Shown: positions 48,743-58,911, numbered from the stretch's first letter. The stretch is 64,000 nt of DNA from Candidatus Obscuribacterales bacterium (GCA_965228855.1 CBDDIJ010000002.1:1376001-1440000); one strand, 5' to 3'. Numbers and translations: made by a program. Notes: generated by a model not told the origin, from the sequence alone.

Positions 48743-50710
48743 ATGGGTAAATCAGTAGGCATTGACTTGGGAACCACAAACTCCGTAGTCGCGGTAATGG
48801 AAGGCGGTGTACCCACCGTGGTTTCCAATGCCGAAGGTGGCCGAACGACGCCCTCGGTGGTGGCTTTCACTAAATCCGGGGAACGATTGGTCGGACAGTT
48901 GGCTCGACGCCAGGCTGTTTTGAATCCTGAGAACACCGTTTATTCAATCAAACGGTTTATGGGTCGTCGTTTTAACGAAGTAGATTCCGAGAAGAAACTC
49001 GTTTCCTACAAGGTCAAAGAAGGTTCGGACGGCGGATGCAAAGTCGCGATTCAAGGTAAGGATTATTCGCCAGAAGAAATTTCGGCAATGATTCTGCGCA
49101 AGCTCAAAGAAGATGCTGAGAAGTATCTCGGTGAGAAAGTCACCAGCGCAGTTATCACAGTTCCTGCATACTTTAACGACTCGCAAAGACAATCAACGAA
49201 GAACGCCGGCACCATCGCCGGTCTCGAAGTGCTCAGAATCATCAACGAGCCTACAGCAGCAGCGCTCGCATATGGTCTGGATAAGAAAGAAAACGAAGTC
49301 ATCCTTGTATTCGACTTGGGCGGCGGTACTTTCGACGTTTCGATTCTCGAAGTGGGCGAAGGCGTTTTCGAAGTTAAGTCGACATCCGGCGATACGCACC
49401 TTGGCGGAGACGATTTCGACGCCTGTGTAGTCGGCTGGGTTGCCGACGAATTCATGAACCTGGAAGGCATCGACCTCCGCAAAGACAGGCAAGCACTTCA
49501 GCGACTCACTGAAGCTTCTGAAAAAGCGAAGATCGAACTTTCAGCAGTAACTGAAACAAACATCTCTCTTCCATTCATTACGGCAGACGCTTCAGGTCCT
49601 AAACACCTGGAGATGAAACTGACGAGAGCTCGCTTCAACGAACTCACGCGTCACCTTGTCGAGCGTTGCCGCCATCCTATGGAGCAGGCATTGAAAGATG
49701 CGAAGCTCTCGTACGAGGGATTGGATGAAGTTGTACTCGTAGGTGGTTCGACTCGTATCCCCGCTGTTCAAGAGCTTGTTGCAAGTTTGACAGGCGGCAA
49801 GGAGCCCAACCAAACAGTTAACCCTGACGAAGTAGTCGCAGTCGGCGCCGCCATCCAGGCAGGCGTACTGGGCGGCGAAGTCAAAGGTGTCGTGCTCCTC
49901 GACGTCACGCCACTGTCCCTCGGTATCGAAACCATGGGCGGTGTTATGACCAAGCTGGTAGAGCGCAACACCACGATTCCGACAAGAAAGACAGAAGTGT
50001 TCTCCACCGCCGAAGATAACCAGACGGCTGTAGACATCTACGTCTTCCAGGGCGAGCGTCCGATGGCACGCGATAACAAGCTGCTCGGGAACTTCCGCCT
50101 CGACGGAATCGCGGCTGCTCCTAGAGGGCAACCAAAAATCGAAGTGACCTTCGACATCGACGCCAACGGTATCTTGAACGTCACAGCACGTGACCAGGCG
50201 ACCGGCAAAGAACAGAAGATCACGATTACCGCTTCGACCAACATGGGCAAGGAAGATATCGAGCGCGCGATTCGCGAAGCCGAAGCCCATGCCGCGGACG
50301 ACAGAAACCGCAAGGAATCGGCAGATGTACGAAACGAAGGCGACAGCATCTGCTACGCCGTCGAACGTCAAATCCGCGACCTTGGCGACAAAGTCAGCCC
50401 CGGAGAAAAATCCAGAGCAGAGATGTTGGTTTCGGACTTGCGTCAAAAACTCAAGGACGATGCAGACCTCGACACACTGAAGTCGATTATGAACGAACTC
50501 AGAGGTGCATTGGTTCTCTTGCAACAAGCTGCCCGCGCCAAAGACCTTCAAAATCAACAGGACGGAATCGATGCCTCCTATGAAGGATACGAGGACGGTG
50601 GCGGATACGATACCGGCGGCGGCTACGAAAGTGGCGGCGGCGGGTACGACGAAAGCGGCTACACCGCATCCGATCAGGATGTTGTAGATGCTGAGTTCCG
50701 CGAGGAATAG
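48743..50710 (+). CDS. dnaK: Molecular chaperone DnaK (Hsp70)
   Basis: [56 protein letters not shown]. Confidence 0.97.
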   Translation: MGKSVGIDLGTTNSVVAVMEGGVPTVVSNAEGGRTTPSVVAFTKSGERLVGQLARRQAVLNPENTVYSIKRFMGRRFNEVDSEKKLVSYKVKEGSDGGCKVAIQGKDYSPEEISAMILRKLKEDAEKYLGEKVTSAVITVPAYFNDSQRQSTKNAGTIAGLEVLRIINEPTAAALAYGLDKKENEVILVFDLGGGTFDVSILEVGEGVFEVKSTSGDTHLGGDDFDACVVGWVADEFMNLEGIDLRKDRQALQRLTEASEKAKIELSAVTETNISLPFITADASGPKHLEMKLTRARFNELTRHLVERCRHPMEQALKDAKLSYEGLDEVVLVGGSTRIPAVQELVASLTGGKEPNQTVNPDEVVAVGAAIQAGVLGGEVKGVVLLDVTPLSLGIETMGGVMTKLVERNTTIPTRKTEVFSTAEDNQTAVDIYVFQGERPMARDNKLLGNFRLDGIAAAPRGQPKIEVTFDIDANGILNVTARDQATGKEQKITITASTNMGKEDIERAIREAEAHAADDRNRKESADVRNEGDSICYAVERQIRDLGDKVSPGEKSRAEMLVSDLRQKLKDDADLDTLKSIMNELRGALVLLQQAARAKDLQNQQDGIDASYEGYEDGGGYDTGGGYESGGGGYDESGYTASDQDVVDAEFREE

Positions 50711-50742
50711 TTAGCGACTCGATAGAGTCGGCGAAACATTGA

Positions 50743-50775
50743 GCGAGCCCGGCGGAACAAGCCGGGCTCGTTTTC
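50743..50775 (+). terminator. Intrinsic terminator after dnaK
   Basis: CGAGCCCGGC/GCCGGGCTCG 10-bp stem followed by TTTT. Confidence 0.75.
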
Positions 50776-50906
50776 GTCTGGACTGCTTACGCCGCTTTTC
50801 GTTCCGGGGTTTTCCCGATGCCGTTCCAGAAAAGTGGTGATATCCTTTAGATAGGGTGGGTAATTATTGGAACGCGAAGATTCACCAGTGGAGACGTTTC
50901 CCAAGT

Positions 50907-51899
50907 ATGCGGCAGAATACGAATACTAACGACAAACGAAAACACATTCCTTTGATGGCAACCATGGCGGTTCTTGGTTTGCTTAACGCAAACCCTGCTG
51001 TGGGTGCCAATCCGTCATCCAAGCCGGCTGCGAAGCCTGCCACTCCGGCTCCAACAACGAATCCTTTTAACGATTTGAAGGGTTTGGAGCGCAGATTTTT
51101 CTTTCATGAATACGATCACGATCCACTCGAAAAGCGCCTGGAGCGCATCGAGCTGCTGGTGTTTGGCAGCGCGCAGGAAGGCGAAAATACCGCGCGTTTG
51201 CAGCGCTTGCAGACTGCGGTAACTTCCAGAGACCGGGAGGCTGCTCATAAGCTCGAAGAGAAGAATCGAGCGTTGAAGGCTCCGGTTCCAACTCCCAAGG
51301 CGACCGCTCCCACTTCGAGCGCGCAGTATCCGATTCTGCAAACTCTGGAATGGCGCGCCTTACAGAAGACTTACGGAAGTGAGTCGCTCGATCAACGATT
51401 GGACAGGCTGGAGACTTCCCTTCTGGGTCAGCCCAGTCCGGCGATGTCTTACGCCGATCGCATCGAAAGACTCAAGAAGATGATTGGTATTCAAACAGCT
51501 GTAACTCCGCTGCCAAAAACCAATATCCCACGCGGTCCGCTTCCGCGAGCAACGGCAAAACGTCAGCCTAATTACAGTCCCTACATCACACCGCTCCCGC
51601 GAAGTGGCGGCGAAGATTGGGGTACCGAGGGCGATGGCGATGATATGACCTTTGACGACGACATGCGCACTCAGATGTCGAATGATTTGCAAACCATGAT
51701 GGAGTTTATGCAGCGTATGCAGGGCGGCTCCATGCCTGGATTCAGATCTCCTGGCGTCATGCCGGGTTTGCCGTTTGGCGGTCGCGGAATTCTGATCCCG
51801 TCAGCACCTGGAAATGGTGGCTCTGCTGCACCGTATGCGGTGCCAGCTCAACCGAAAAGACCGAAGCTTCCGCCTTATGCCGATCCAAACTCGATTTAG
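50907..51899 (+). CDS. Exported hypothetical protein with two RL(E/D)R(I/L)E helical repeats
   Basis: Signal peptide; DPLEKRLERIE and ESLDQRLDRLE units; Pro-rich tail. Confidence 0.6.
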   Translation: MRQNTNTNDKRKHIPLMATMAVLGLLNANPAVGANPSSKPAAKPATPAPTTNPFNDLKGLERRFFFHEYDHDPLEKRLERIELLVFGSAQEGENTARLQRLQTAVTSRDREAAHKLEEKNRALKAPVPTPKATAPTSSAQYPILQTLEWRALQKTYGSESLDQRLDRLETSLLGQPSPAMSYADRIERLKKMIGIQTAVTPLPKTNIPRGPLPRATAKRQPNYSPYITPLPRSGGEDWGTEGDGDDMTFDDDMRTQMSNDLQTMMEFMQRMQGGSMPGFRSPGVMPGLPFGGRGILIPSAPGNGGSAAPYAVPAQPKRPKLPPYADPNSI

Positions 51900-51932
51900 G
51901 TCGGTGACCTGGAGTTGCGACTCAAGCGCTAA

Positions 51933-52763
51933 CTACTGTTGCTGCATTGTGATGGACTCAATCTTGTCCATCTTTTGAATGCGTTGAACTACGTCCAGTC
52001 CGCTGATGACGCCACCAAATACGGTGTACTTGAAGTCCAGGTTCGGCTGTGGCCCGAGGGTTATGTAAAACTGACAGCTAGCGGAGTTTGGGTTCTTCGG
52101 AAAGCGAGCCATCGCCACTACACCGGCCGCGTTGTGTTTCACAAGTGGCGATGATTCGAGCATGAGCATGCGAGGCTGGTTGGTTTTGGGATCGATGTAT
52201 AAGCCGGAGCCGTTTCCGTTGGGGCATCCGCCCTGGATGACGAAACCTGGTTCGACTCTGTGCCAGAGCAGCCCGTTGTAAAAGCCGGAGTTGACCATCT
52301 CTGTGAATGCTTCAACAGTTTTCGGTGCGAATTGTTTGAATAGTCGGATCGTGATGGTACCGCGATTGGTTTGGATCACGGCAATCGGATCGGGACCGCT
52401 GGCGCTGCTCTGAGGCGGTGGTTGCTGACCCGGAGGATAAACGGGCATTCCCTTGTGTCCGGCGGGGACTCCCGGCGGTTGTTGTTGCTGTTGACCCGCA
52501 AAGAATCCGAATTTCGCATTGGAACCGGCCGGCGGCGGTTGCGCGCCCTTTGCCGCCCCGCCTCCGATGCCGGGAGTCTGGCTATCCGGTACTGAACTGG
52601 CACTGGCACTGGTGCTGGTGCCTGTTTGATTGGTAAGAGTGACATCCGGAGGGACGAGTTCCGGCGGAAGGCTATCTGCAAGCGCCGGTGTTACCTGCGT
52701 CGTAGTTATTAGCGCAATTAAAAATGCGGTTTTAGAAAACAGCTTCGCGCACTTCGATATCAT
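51933..52763 (-). CDS. Exported cyclophilin-type peptidyl-prolyl isomerase
   Basis: APKTV, GFYNGL.WHRV.PGFVIQGG, VAMAR, SASCQFYI, YTVFG. Confidence 0.92.
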   Translation of the reverse strand: MISKCAKLFSKTAFLIALITTTQVTPALADSLPPELVPPDVTLTNQTGTSTSASASSVPDSQTPGIGGGAAKGAQPPPAGSNAKFGFFAGQQQQQPPGVPAGHKGMPVYPPGQQPPPQSSASGPDPIAVIQTNRGTITIRLFKQFAPKTVEAFTEMVNSGFYNGLLWHRVEPGFVIQGGCPNGNGSGLYIDPKTNQPRMLMLESSPLVKHNAAGVVAMARFPKNPNSASCQFYITLGPQPNLDFKYTVFGGVISGLDVVQRIQKMDKIESITMQQQ

Positions 52764-52822
52764 GGTGTCCTCGCTCTTCGCCTAATATGCATTCTAATAA
52801 ATGATTGAAATTCGCGCACTTC

Positions 52823-53542
52823 TCAATCTGTCAGGACTGTCAGATGCTCGTGCAATGTCAGAAATGACGCTGGAATTTCGGGATTGATACCATTCGAAAA
52901 CGCTCTACCGACAATTTCTTTTTTATCCTGACCGAAGGCGAGCATAATAATCTGCTTGCTTGCCAGAATAGTGGAGATGCCCATGGTAACTGCTTTACTT
53001 GGGGTCGCTTCCATACCGCCGAAGGTTGGTGAAAGTGCTTTGCGTGAAACTTCGTCTAACCAGATGCATTGGGTGAAGCTCAGGCGTGGAGTGCCGGGCT
53101 CGTTGAAGGCGATGTGTCCATTCAACCCGATTCCCAGAATGGCGAGGTCTAGACCGCCGTGCTGGGCTATGATCGCGTCGTAATTATCGCTCATCGACGG
53201 ATTGTGTTGATTGGTTTTTGGAAAACCAATGCGGTCGTACAAATTGGTTTCCAGATAGCGTTGAAAAGAATGTTCGGCGGTCGTGTTCAAATACTCGTCG
53301 AGAGCAAAACAATTCACTCGCGACCAGTCCAGACCTTCTTGCTCGGTCAGTTTGACGAGGTAGTCGTACATCAAAACCGGCGTCCGCCCCGTGGGCAGAC
53401 CAAGATTAGTGTTTGGTTTTGAACGAATTTGCGCCGCGATTTTGTTCGCAGCATCCATGCTCAGCTCGTTTTTCTTGTCAGTCAAAATGAGTTTCCTGGA
53501 CCCTCTCGCTATTAGACATACCGCAAACACGGGCGCTTCCAT
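52823..53542 (-). CDS. nagB: Glucosamine-6-phosphate deaminase
   Basis: LGLPTGRTP, LDEY, LGIGLNGHIAFNEPG, AVTMGISTIL, PASFL..H; start uncertain. Confidence 0.9.
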   Translation of the reverse strand: MEAPVFAVCLIARGSRKLILTDKKNELSMDAANKIAAQIRSKPNTNLGLPTGRTPVLMYDYLVKLTEQEGLDWSRVNCFALDEYLNTTAEHSFQRYLETNLYDRIGFPKTNQHNPSMSDNYDAIIAQHGGLDLAILGIGLNGHIAFNEPGTPRLSFTQCIWLDEVSRKALSPTFGGMEATPSKAVTMGISTILASKQIIMLAFGQDKKEIVGRAFSNGINPEIPASFLTLHEHLTVLTD

Positions 53543-53655
53543 CGTCGCTGTTATATTATGAACATACGGAAGACGATAGATTTTGGAAGAAATTGTACAT
53601 ATAGGATGAAGCATGTTTCCTGGTGCGGGTTCCCTTCGGTTAAGGTGAGCAAAGT

Positions 53656-54564
53656 TTGACCGGCAAGCTCTTTTCGAAACGACTGATAAAAGCGGCTGTG
53701 GTCTCGCTCGCTCTGTTGAGCCAGCTCTTTCCGTTCGCGGCCGAAGGACAGACAAACCGCTTGCCCAAAGCCGGCTTCCAACGATTTTCCGGAAATTTGC
53801 CGCCGTCGAATTCCGGCGCCGGAATAGGTTCAATTACAGGGACCGGGCTGTCGACACCTGGCGTTCATTTGACGTCCGGCATGGATCGCACACCTCGCAA
53901 TGCTCGCGAGCCATACAATCCTGGCGAGCCCACGTTAAACATGGCACTGGTGCGTTGGCAGCGTGAGAAGATGCCGTTGCGAATTTGGATAAGTCCCGGC
54001 TTGCAGCTTCCTCAAATACCGTTTGAGCAGTTGCCCTCCACCAGAGTCGAAACTGTTTTTCAAATGCTGCAACAAGAGAACCCGTTCTCCGACTTATCCC
54101 AAGCGGATGGCTGGAGTGAATCGGTAAATCAAAGCGTTGCTATGGGTATTGAACAGTGGCGGCAATTCGAGAACGAAGGTCTACTGCGTTTCGGTTTCAC
54201 TTCCGACCCGAGAACGGCTCATGTCCTTGTTTTCTTCACCGATCAGTTCCAGGGAGCAGCCGGACCAGGTGGTACCAATGTTGGTGCCTTGACCTGTGCG
54301 CAATTATTTACGCCGCAGCAAACTCAGATGGAGATGTATCGTCAAAAGCCTGTCATAATGGAGTTCTCCACGCGCGTGAATCACTTGCCTGAAAAAATGC
54401 AAGGATCTGCTGCGCATGAATTCGGGCACGCGCTCGGTATCAAAGCGCACAGTCCATATCGTGACGACATCATGTATGAAAACAACGTCGTGTACAACCT
54501 CTCAGAGGGCGACAAAGCCACCATCCGATTGCTCTACCGCGCTGAGCCAAAGTACGTGATGTAA
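53656..54564 (+). CDS. Exported matrixin-family (M10-like) zinc metalloprotease
   Basis: HEFGHALGIKAHS, Met-turn DIMY, LSEGD. Confidence 0.82.
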   Translation: MTGKLFSKRLIKAAVVSLALLSQLFPFAAEGQTNRLPKAGFQRFSGNLPPSNSGAGIGSITGTGLSTPGVHLTSGMDRTPRNAREPYNPGEPTLNMALVRWQREKMPLRIWISPGLQLPQIPFEQLPSTRVETVFQMLQQENPFSDLSQADGWSESVNQSVAMGIEQWRQFENEGLLRFGFTSDPRTAHVLVFFTDQFQGAAGPGGTNVGALTCAQLFTPQQTQMEMYRQKPVIMEFSTRVNHLPEKMQGSAAHEFGHALGIKAHSPYRDDIMYENNVVYNLSEGDKATIRLLYRAEPKYVM

Positions 54565-54572
54565 GGCAACCT

Positions 54573-56108
54573 TCAATCTGGCGAGGTCATAAGCAATTCT
54601 AACTGAACGATGGTGCCTTCGCCTGGCGCGGACTCTATTTTGAAGCGTGTTGGATAGAATGCTTTGATGATTTCGACGCGCTCTTCGATGCCGGGAAGAC
54701 CAAAGCCGCCATCGGTTTTTTCACCAGCGTTTGCAAGGTCGAAACCTTTTCCGTCGTCCTGAATTTTGAACGAGAGTGAACGCCCGTCCTTCGCTGAAAC
54801 CTGCACCAATATTGAGTCTGCGTCTGCGTATTTCTTGATGTTGTTCAAACACTCTTGAACGATTCGGAAGATGTGCAGTTGAACTTGTGAGGGTAGTTCA
54901 GGAATGGTGCCTTCGACTTCGAATGAACAATCCGCTTCAGTTTGTTCCGCGACTTTGTCGACGAGGTCCTGGAGGACGGTCTCCAGTCCCCAGTCTTTGA
55001 GGTCTCGGGGTACCAGACCGCTGCAGATGTCGCGAATGGACGTGGTCAGAGAATCGAGGACGTCTGCAATCTGTTCCGCATCTAAATCTTTGTCTGATGA
55101 AACCTTCCGTCGCAACATGAGGATGTCGGCGAGGACGCCATCATGGAGGTCTCGCGCGATTGTCGCTTGAGTTTCCTCTTGCTGGTTGAGAAGTTTGTGT
55201 ACCGCGTTCTGTTGTGCCATTAGCAAGTCGCGAACAAGGTCTTCTGCCGGTTCGGTTTCCAGAGAAACCGAATCTCGAAAGCCGCGACTGGCGCTGAAGC
55301 GAGCGATATTATCGACGTGCTCGAATTTGTGTCCACTTTCAGCGGCGACTGCATCCATGCAAGACAAGATGATCATATCTCTGAACAACATGCGCTGGAA
55401 TGAGCGAACGTCCGGCGCCGTTACCGGTAAGCCGTAAACAGTCCAGGCGTTGCCGCTTTCCAACGCTGCTAAACGCAAGGACAGTTTGCGTCTTTCGCGA
55501 GAGTAGGCATCATTGTCATTTAATGCTGAGGTTGATGGAGCGAGATTGAAATGGATTTTTCCAGGCTTACCGATGACTAGCAATTGTCTTGAAGCGGTTG
55601 CTAATCGAAAGTTGTATCTGATCAATCCTTGCTGTTTAGCGTCTTTGGTGAAACCTTTCCGGTAAAAATCTGAAACTGTGACTCGAACTCGTTGCGCTCC
55701 CTGCTGGGAGGCGATGGTATTAAAGGCGGTGCTCATCTCTGCGAAATATGAATACAATTCCTCTAGCATTGAGTCTGTGCTGTTCGACGCCTGCATCACA
55801 TTTATATATTCGCCGCGCTTACCGAACGCCACGCCAAGCTCGATATCGAAGTGGGTCGTGATTTCTGCGAGTCTGCGCATCCACGCCGACTGTCCACGCT
55901 TCTCTTCGAGAGTTAACTTTTCTGTTTTCTCTGCATCGTTGTCTCTTTGAAGCTCAGCCCGCTGCTGGATGTCGATGTCGAGCTGCTGAACGAGCTGTTC
56001 TTCATGTTGAAACTTGTGTTGGGTCTCATTCTCGCCGGCAAGCTTAATTAACAGGCTTCCAACTGACGAAAGTATGTTCGATAAGGGGTTGTTCGCCTTA
56101 TCATTCAT
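54573..56108 (-). CDS. Cytoplasmic HisKA_3-type sensor histidine kinase
   Basis: IARDLHDG, FRIVQECLNN, DDGKGF, GFGLPGIEER, SAPGEGT; no TM; TAATG coupling to the regulator. Confidence 0.88.
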   Translation of the reverse strand: MNDKANNPLSNILSSVGSLLIKLAGENETQHKFQHEEQLVQQLDIDIQQRAELQRDNDAEKTEKLTLEEKRGQSAWMRRLAEITTHFDIELGVAFGKRGEYINVMQASNSTDSMLEELYSYFAEMSTAFNTIASQQGAQRVRVTVSDFYRKGFTKDAKQQGLIRYNFRLATASRQLLVIGKPGKIHFNLAPSTSALNDNDAYSRERRKLSLRLAALESGNAWTVYGLPVTAPDVRSFQRMLFRDMIILSCMDAVAAESGHKFEHVDNIARFSASRGFRDSVSLETEPAEDLVRDLLMAQQNAVHKLLNQQEETQATIARDLHDGVLADILMLRRKVSSDKDLDAEQIADVLDSLTTSIRDICSGLVPRDLKDWGLETVLQDLVDKVAEQTEADCSFEVEGTIPELPSQVQLHIFRIVQECLNNIKKYADADSILVQVSAKDGRSLSFKIQDDGKGFDLANAGEKTDGGFGLPGIEERVEIIKAFYPTRFKIESAPGEGTIVQLELLMTSPD

Positions 56109-56728
56109 TATTCGGTATCCAGCTTGCCATAACCGTTTTCGACCGCCCAGGCAATCAGTTGCTCGCGATTGTCGAGTCCGAGTTTCAACAACAATAACTC
56201 GCATTGTTTACGCACCGTCGCTGGTGATGCGCCTCTCTCTTCTGCGATCTCGTGATACTTCATGCCTCGCGACAGTAAGGTAAGTACGTCTTGTTCAGCC
56301 TTGGTGAGCTTCTCTTTACCCATGGCAATACTCTGAGATTTCACAATCTTTCCGCCATTGGAAACGGTTTTGATTGCTTCGATCACGTTCGAGATACTTT
56401 CGCTCTTTAGAAGATAACCGGCGACACCAAGGTCTAGAATGGCTTGAACAAAAGCTCTTCTGTTTTCTGCCGAAAATACTATGACTTTACCGGGAAGTTC
56501 ACAGAATTTCTTTACCGTGCTGCGCGGACCTTCAGAACCAGGAAGATGTAAGTCCAGAAGAACGATATCGGGCGTTTTCTCCTTCGCGAGCTCCAGTCCC
56601 GTTATTGCGTCAGTCGCCTGTGCCACCACTTCAATATCGCTTTCCGCGTTAAGCGCGCTCGCCAGACCCGCGAGCGTGGCCTCATGGTCCTCGACAATTG
56701 CGACCCTGATGTTGGATTGCGAATCCAT
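56108..56728 (-). CDS. NarL/LuxR-family response regulator
   Basis: IVEDH, LLDLHLP, GYLLK, LTKAEQDVL..LSRG..EIA HTH. Confidence 0.92.
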   Translation of the reverse strand: MDSQSNIRVAIVEDHEATLAGLASALNAESDIEVVAQATDAITGLELAKEKTPDIVLLDLHLPGSEGPRSTVKKFCELPGKVIVFSAENRRAFVQAILDLGVAGYLLKSESISNVIEAIKTVSNGGKIVKSQSIAMGKEKLTKAEQDVLTLLSRGMKYHEIAEERGASPATVRKQCELLLLKLGLDNREQLIAWAVENGYGKLDTE

Positions 56729-56841
56729 AGCTTTTCCTTAACTGTGACGATGCCTACATTTATCCACTTAATTTCTTACTCTAATCAGACGGTTCTCAAT
56801 AAGCTATCATGACGTCCGAAAGAGAGTAAGGAGACTGAGAA

Positions 56842-57153
56842 ATGGAGCTGAAAACTTCCACGTCAAAAGCGGCGATGATGATGTTAACCACAGCCGCGCT
56901 GGCGGGCATGCTGACCGGATGTTCGGGAGGCGAAAAGGCCGCTGAAACATCGACTGAGAACTCCGCCACGGAAACTCCGGTTCCTGGTGCAACCCCGACG
57001 GAAGCGGGGACCCCGGCACAGGGCGCGGTGGCCGACAAGCACGACTGCAAAGGTTTGAACTCGTGCAAAGGCAAAGGCGGTTGTCACTCAAGCGATAACG
57101 GTTGCGTTGGCAAAAATAGCTGCAAAGGTAAAGGCGGCTGCAAGCACGGTTAA
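56842..57153 (+). CDS. MNIO-associated RiPP precursor (bufferin BufA2-like) with lipoprotein signal
   Basis: Lipobox LTG-C27; Thr/Pro/Ala/Glu linker; two CxGxNSCKGKGGC repeats; AAGGAG SD; first gene before DUF692. Confidence 0.85.
   Translation: MELKTSTSKAAMMMLTTAALAGMLTGCSGGEKAAETSTENSATETPVPGATPTEAGTPAQGAVADKHDCKGLNSCKGKGGCHSSDNGCVGKNSCKGKGGCKHG
57046..57141 (+). repeat. Two copies (57-nt period) of CxGxNSCKGKGGC
   Basis: CKGLNSCKGKGGC-HSSDNG-CVGKNSCKGKGGC. Confidence 0.9.
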
Positions 57154-57157
57154 GGAA

Positions 57158-58003
57158 ATGCCGGCTAATAGATTTAACGGCTTCAGCAGTTTAGGCATTG
57201 GTATTGGTCTGCGGATTGCTCATTATGAGCACATTTTGAAAGAAAAACCGCAGATCGATTTCTTCGAAATCATATCCGAAAACTTCATGCTCGGTGGAGG
57301 AAGACCTCTCGAAATACTCGATGAGGTTTTAGAACGTTATCCGATCATTCAGCACGGTGTGTCGCTTTATTTTGGATCCTTAGACCCTCTGGATACAAAT
57401 CAGATCGACGCGCTGAAGAAGCTGACTGAAAGAACGAAAACCCCGTTTGTCTCGGATCACCTGTGCTGGGGCAGTTTCGACGGCTCCTATTCACACGATC
57501 TTCTGCCTCTGCCCTATACCAAGGAAGCGGTTGTGAACACCGCCAATCGAATCAGGTTTGTGCAAGACAGCCTTGAACTACCGGTTGCGGTTGAGAACGT
57601 CAGCAGTTACCTTGAGTACACGGACTCTGAAATGACCGAGTGGGAGTTCCTTTCCGAAGTCTGTGAACTCGCGGATTGTGGCATCCTGCTCGACGTGAAC
57701 AATGTTTTCGTGTCAGCCCGAAATCATTCGTTCGATCCAATCAAATACATCGAGAACATTCCGCTGGATCGAATCGCTCAGATTCACATCGCTGGACATA
57801 GCGAGCAAGACGGCTATTTATTGGATACCCACGACAATTTTGTGCGACAGGAAGTTTGGCAAATCTATCGGTCCGTGATCGGGAAAATCGGTCCGACTAA
57901 CACTCTGCTTGAGTGGGACGCTCAGATCCCTGACTTCGAGATCGTCCATCAAGAGGCGCTTAAAGCTGCTCAGTATGCGGACTCCGGTGGAATAAGCGCA
58001 TGA
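57158..58003 (+). CDS. Multinuclear non-heme iron-dependent oxidase (MNIO, DUF692/UPF0276; BufB/HvfB-like)
   Basis: GIGLR..H, FEIISENF, HGVSL, SDHLCW, DLLPLP, ENVSSY, LLDVNNV, QIHIAGH, DTH, LLEWD. Confidence 0.94.
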   Translation: MPANRFNGFSSLGIGIGLRIAHYEHILKEKPQIDFFEIISENFMLGGGRPLEILDEVLERYPIIQHGVSLYFGSLDPLDTNQIDALKKLTERTKTPFVSDHLCWGSFDGSYSHDLLPLPYTKEAVVNTANRIRFVQDSLELPVAVENVSSYLEYTDSEMTEWEFLSEVCELADCGILLDVNNVFVSARNHSFDPIKYIENIPLDRIAQIHIAGHSEQDGYLLDTHDNFVRQEVWQIYRSVIGKIGPTNTLLEWDAQIPDFEIVHQEALKAAQYADSGGISA

Positions 58004-58911
58004 GTGGTAAGCATTCGCTTCGGCAAATCCAGGAGTTTATGTGGCAAGCCGTCTCTCGCCCCTTAAACGCTGACTACTCGAGTAAGAGGCGCTGGACAGA
58101 CGGGAGGAGCTTCGGGGTGACGGCGAGCGAATTTATTAAACCGAATGAGAAACTAACCAGTGCTCAACGCGTACAAATATACAATCAGCAGTATTGGTAT
58201 CGTTTGCTCGATTGTTTGGAAGATGACTTTCCTGGTCTGAGAGCTGTTCTCGGAGCTAGCGGTTTTCTAAGATTAGCAAGAGAGTACTTGAATGAGTATC
58301 CTTCACGTTCCTTCTCGCTTCGCGATCTGGGATGCGATTTGCCCGAGTTCGTTGACGCACGCCAGGATTTGATTGCTCCCAACGTCACACTCTGTGGGGA
58401 GTTGGCTCGATTCGAGTGGGCCCAGGTCGTTGCCTTTGATGGACCTTCATTGGAACCAATCGATGATGAGTATATTCGAACCGCCAATCCCGAACTACTG
58501 AAAGTTTCTCTCCAACCATATTTGACTTTGCTGGAGTTGACTCACGCACTCGACCATTATTCAGTTGCTTTGAACCGCCACATGCGTGATCGCAGCGAAG
58601 CGGGTAGCAGTAAATGTGAGGCGGAAAACGTGGTGCCAGATTCCGAGTCGGCACCATGGCCGGTGCTGGAGCATGTTTATCTAGTTGTTCATCGTCACGA
58701 AAATAACGTTTACTTTAAACGAATTGATGCACCTGGTTTCCTCATACTCACTGCGTTTGCTCGCGGTCAAAGTCTGAGCGAAGCGCTAAATGACGCTGTG
58801 TCGTTTATGCAAGACAATGCAATTCCGCTCGAAGGTCTGCAGAGTGATATCCAGAAATCATTTGCGCTGTGGAATCGCTTAGGTTGGCTCTGCAAAACAG
58901 AAATGGTTTAA
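58000..58911 (+). CDS. MNIO partner protein (DUF2063; BufC/HvfC-like)
   Basis: RVQIYNQQYWYRL...DFP.L, YL..YPS.S..L..LG, ELARFEWA; ATGA overlap with the MNIO gene. Confidence 0.88.
   Translation: MSGKHSLRQIQEFMWQAVSRPLNADYSSKRRWTDGRSFGVTASEFIKPNEKLTSAQRVQIYNQQYWYRLLDCLEDDFPGLRAVLGASGFLRLAREYLNEYPSRSFSLRDLGCDLPEFVDARQDLIAPNVTLCGELARFEWAQVVAFDGPSLEPIDDEYIRTANPELLKVSLQPYLTLLELTHALDHYSVALNRHMRDRSEAGSSKCEAENVVPDSESAPWPVLEHVYLVVHRHENNVYFKRIDAPGFLILTAFARGQSLSEALNDAVSFMQDNAIPLEGLQSDIQKSFALWNRLGWLCKTEMV

Noticed and set aside
49592..50557. Long antisense ORFs (321 aa opposite dnaK; also 3244-4050, 20156-20995, 35183-35833)
   Set aside because: Shadow ORFs of well-supported genes caused by codon bias; no motifs
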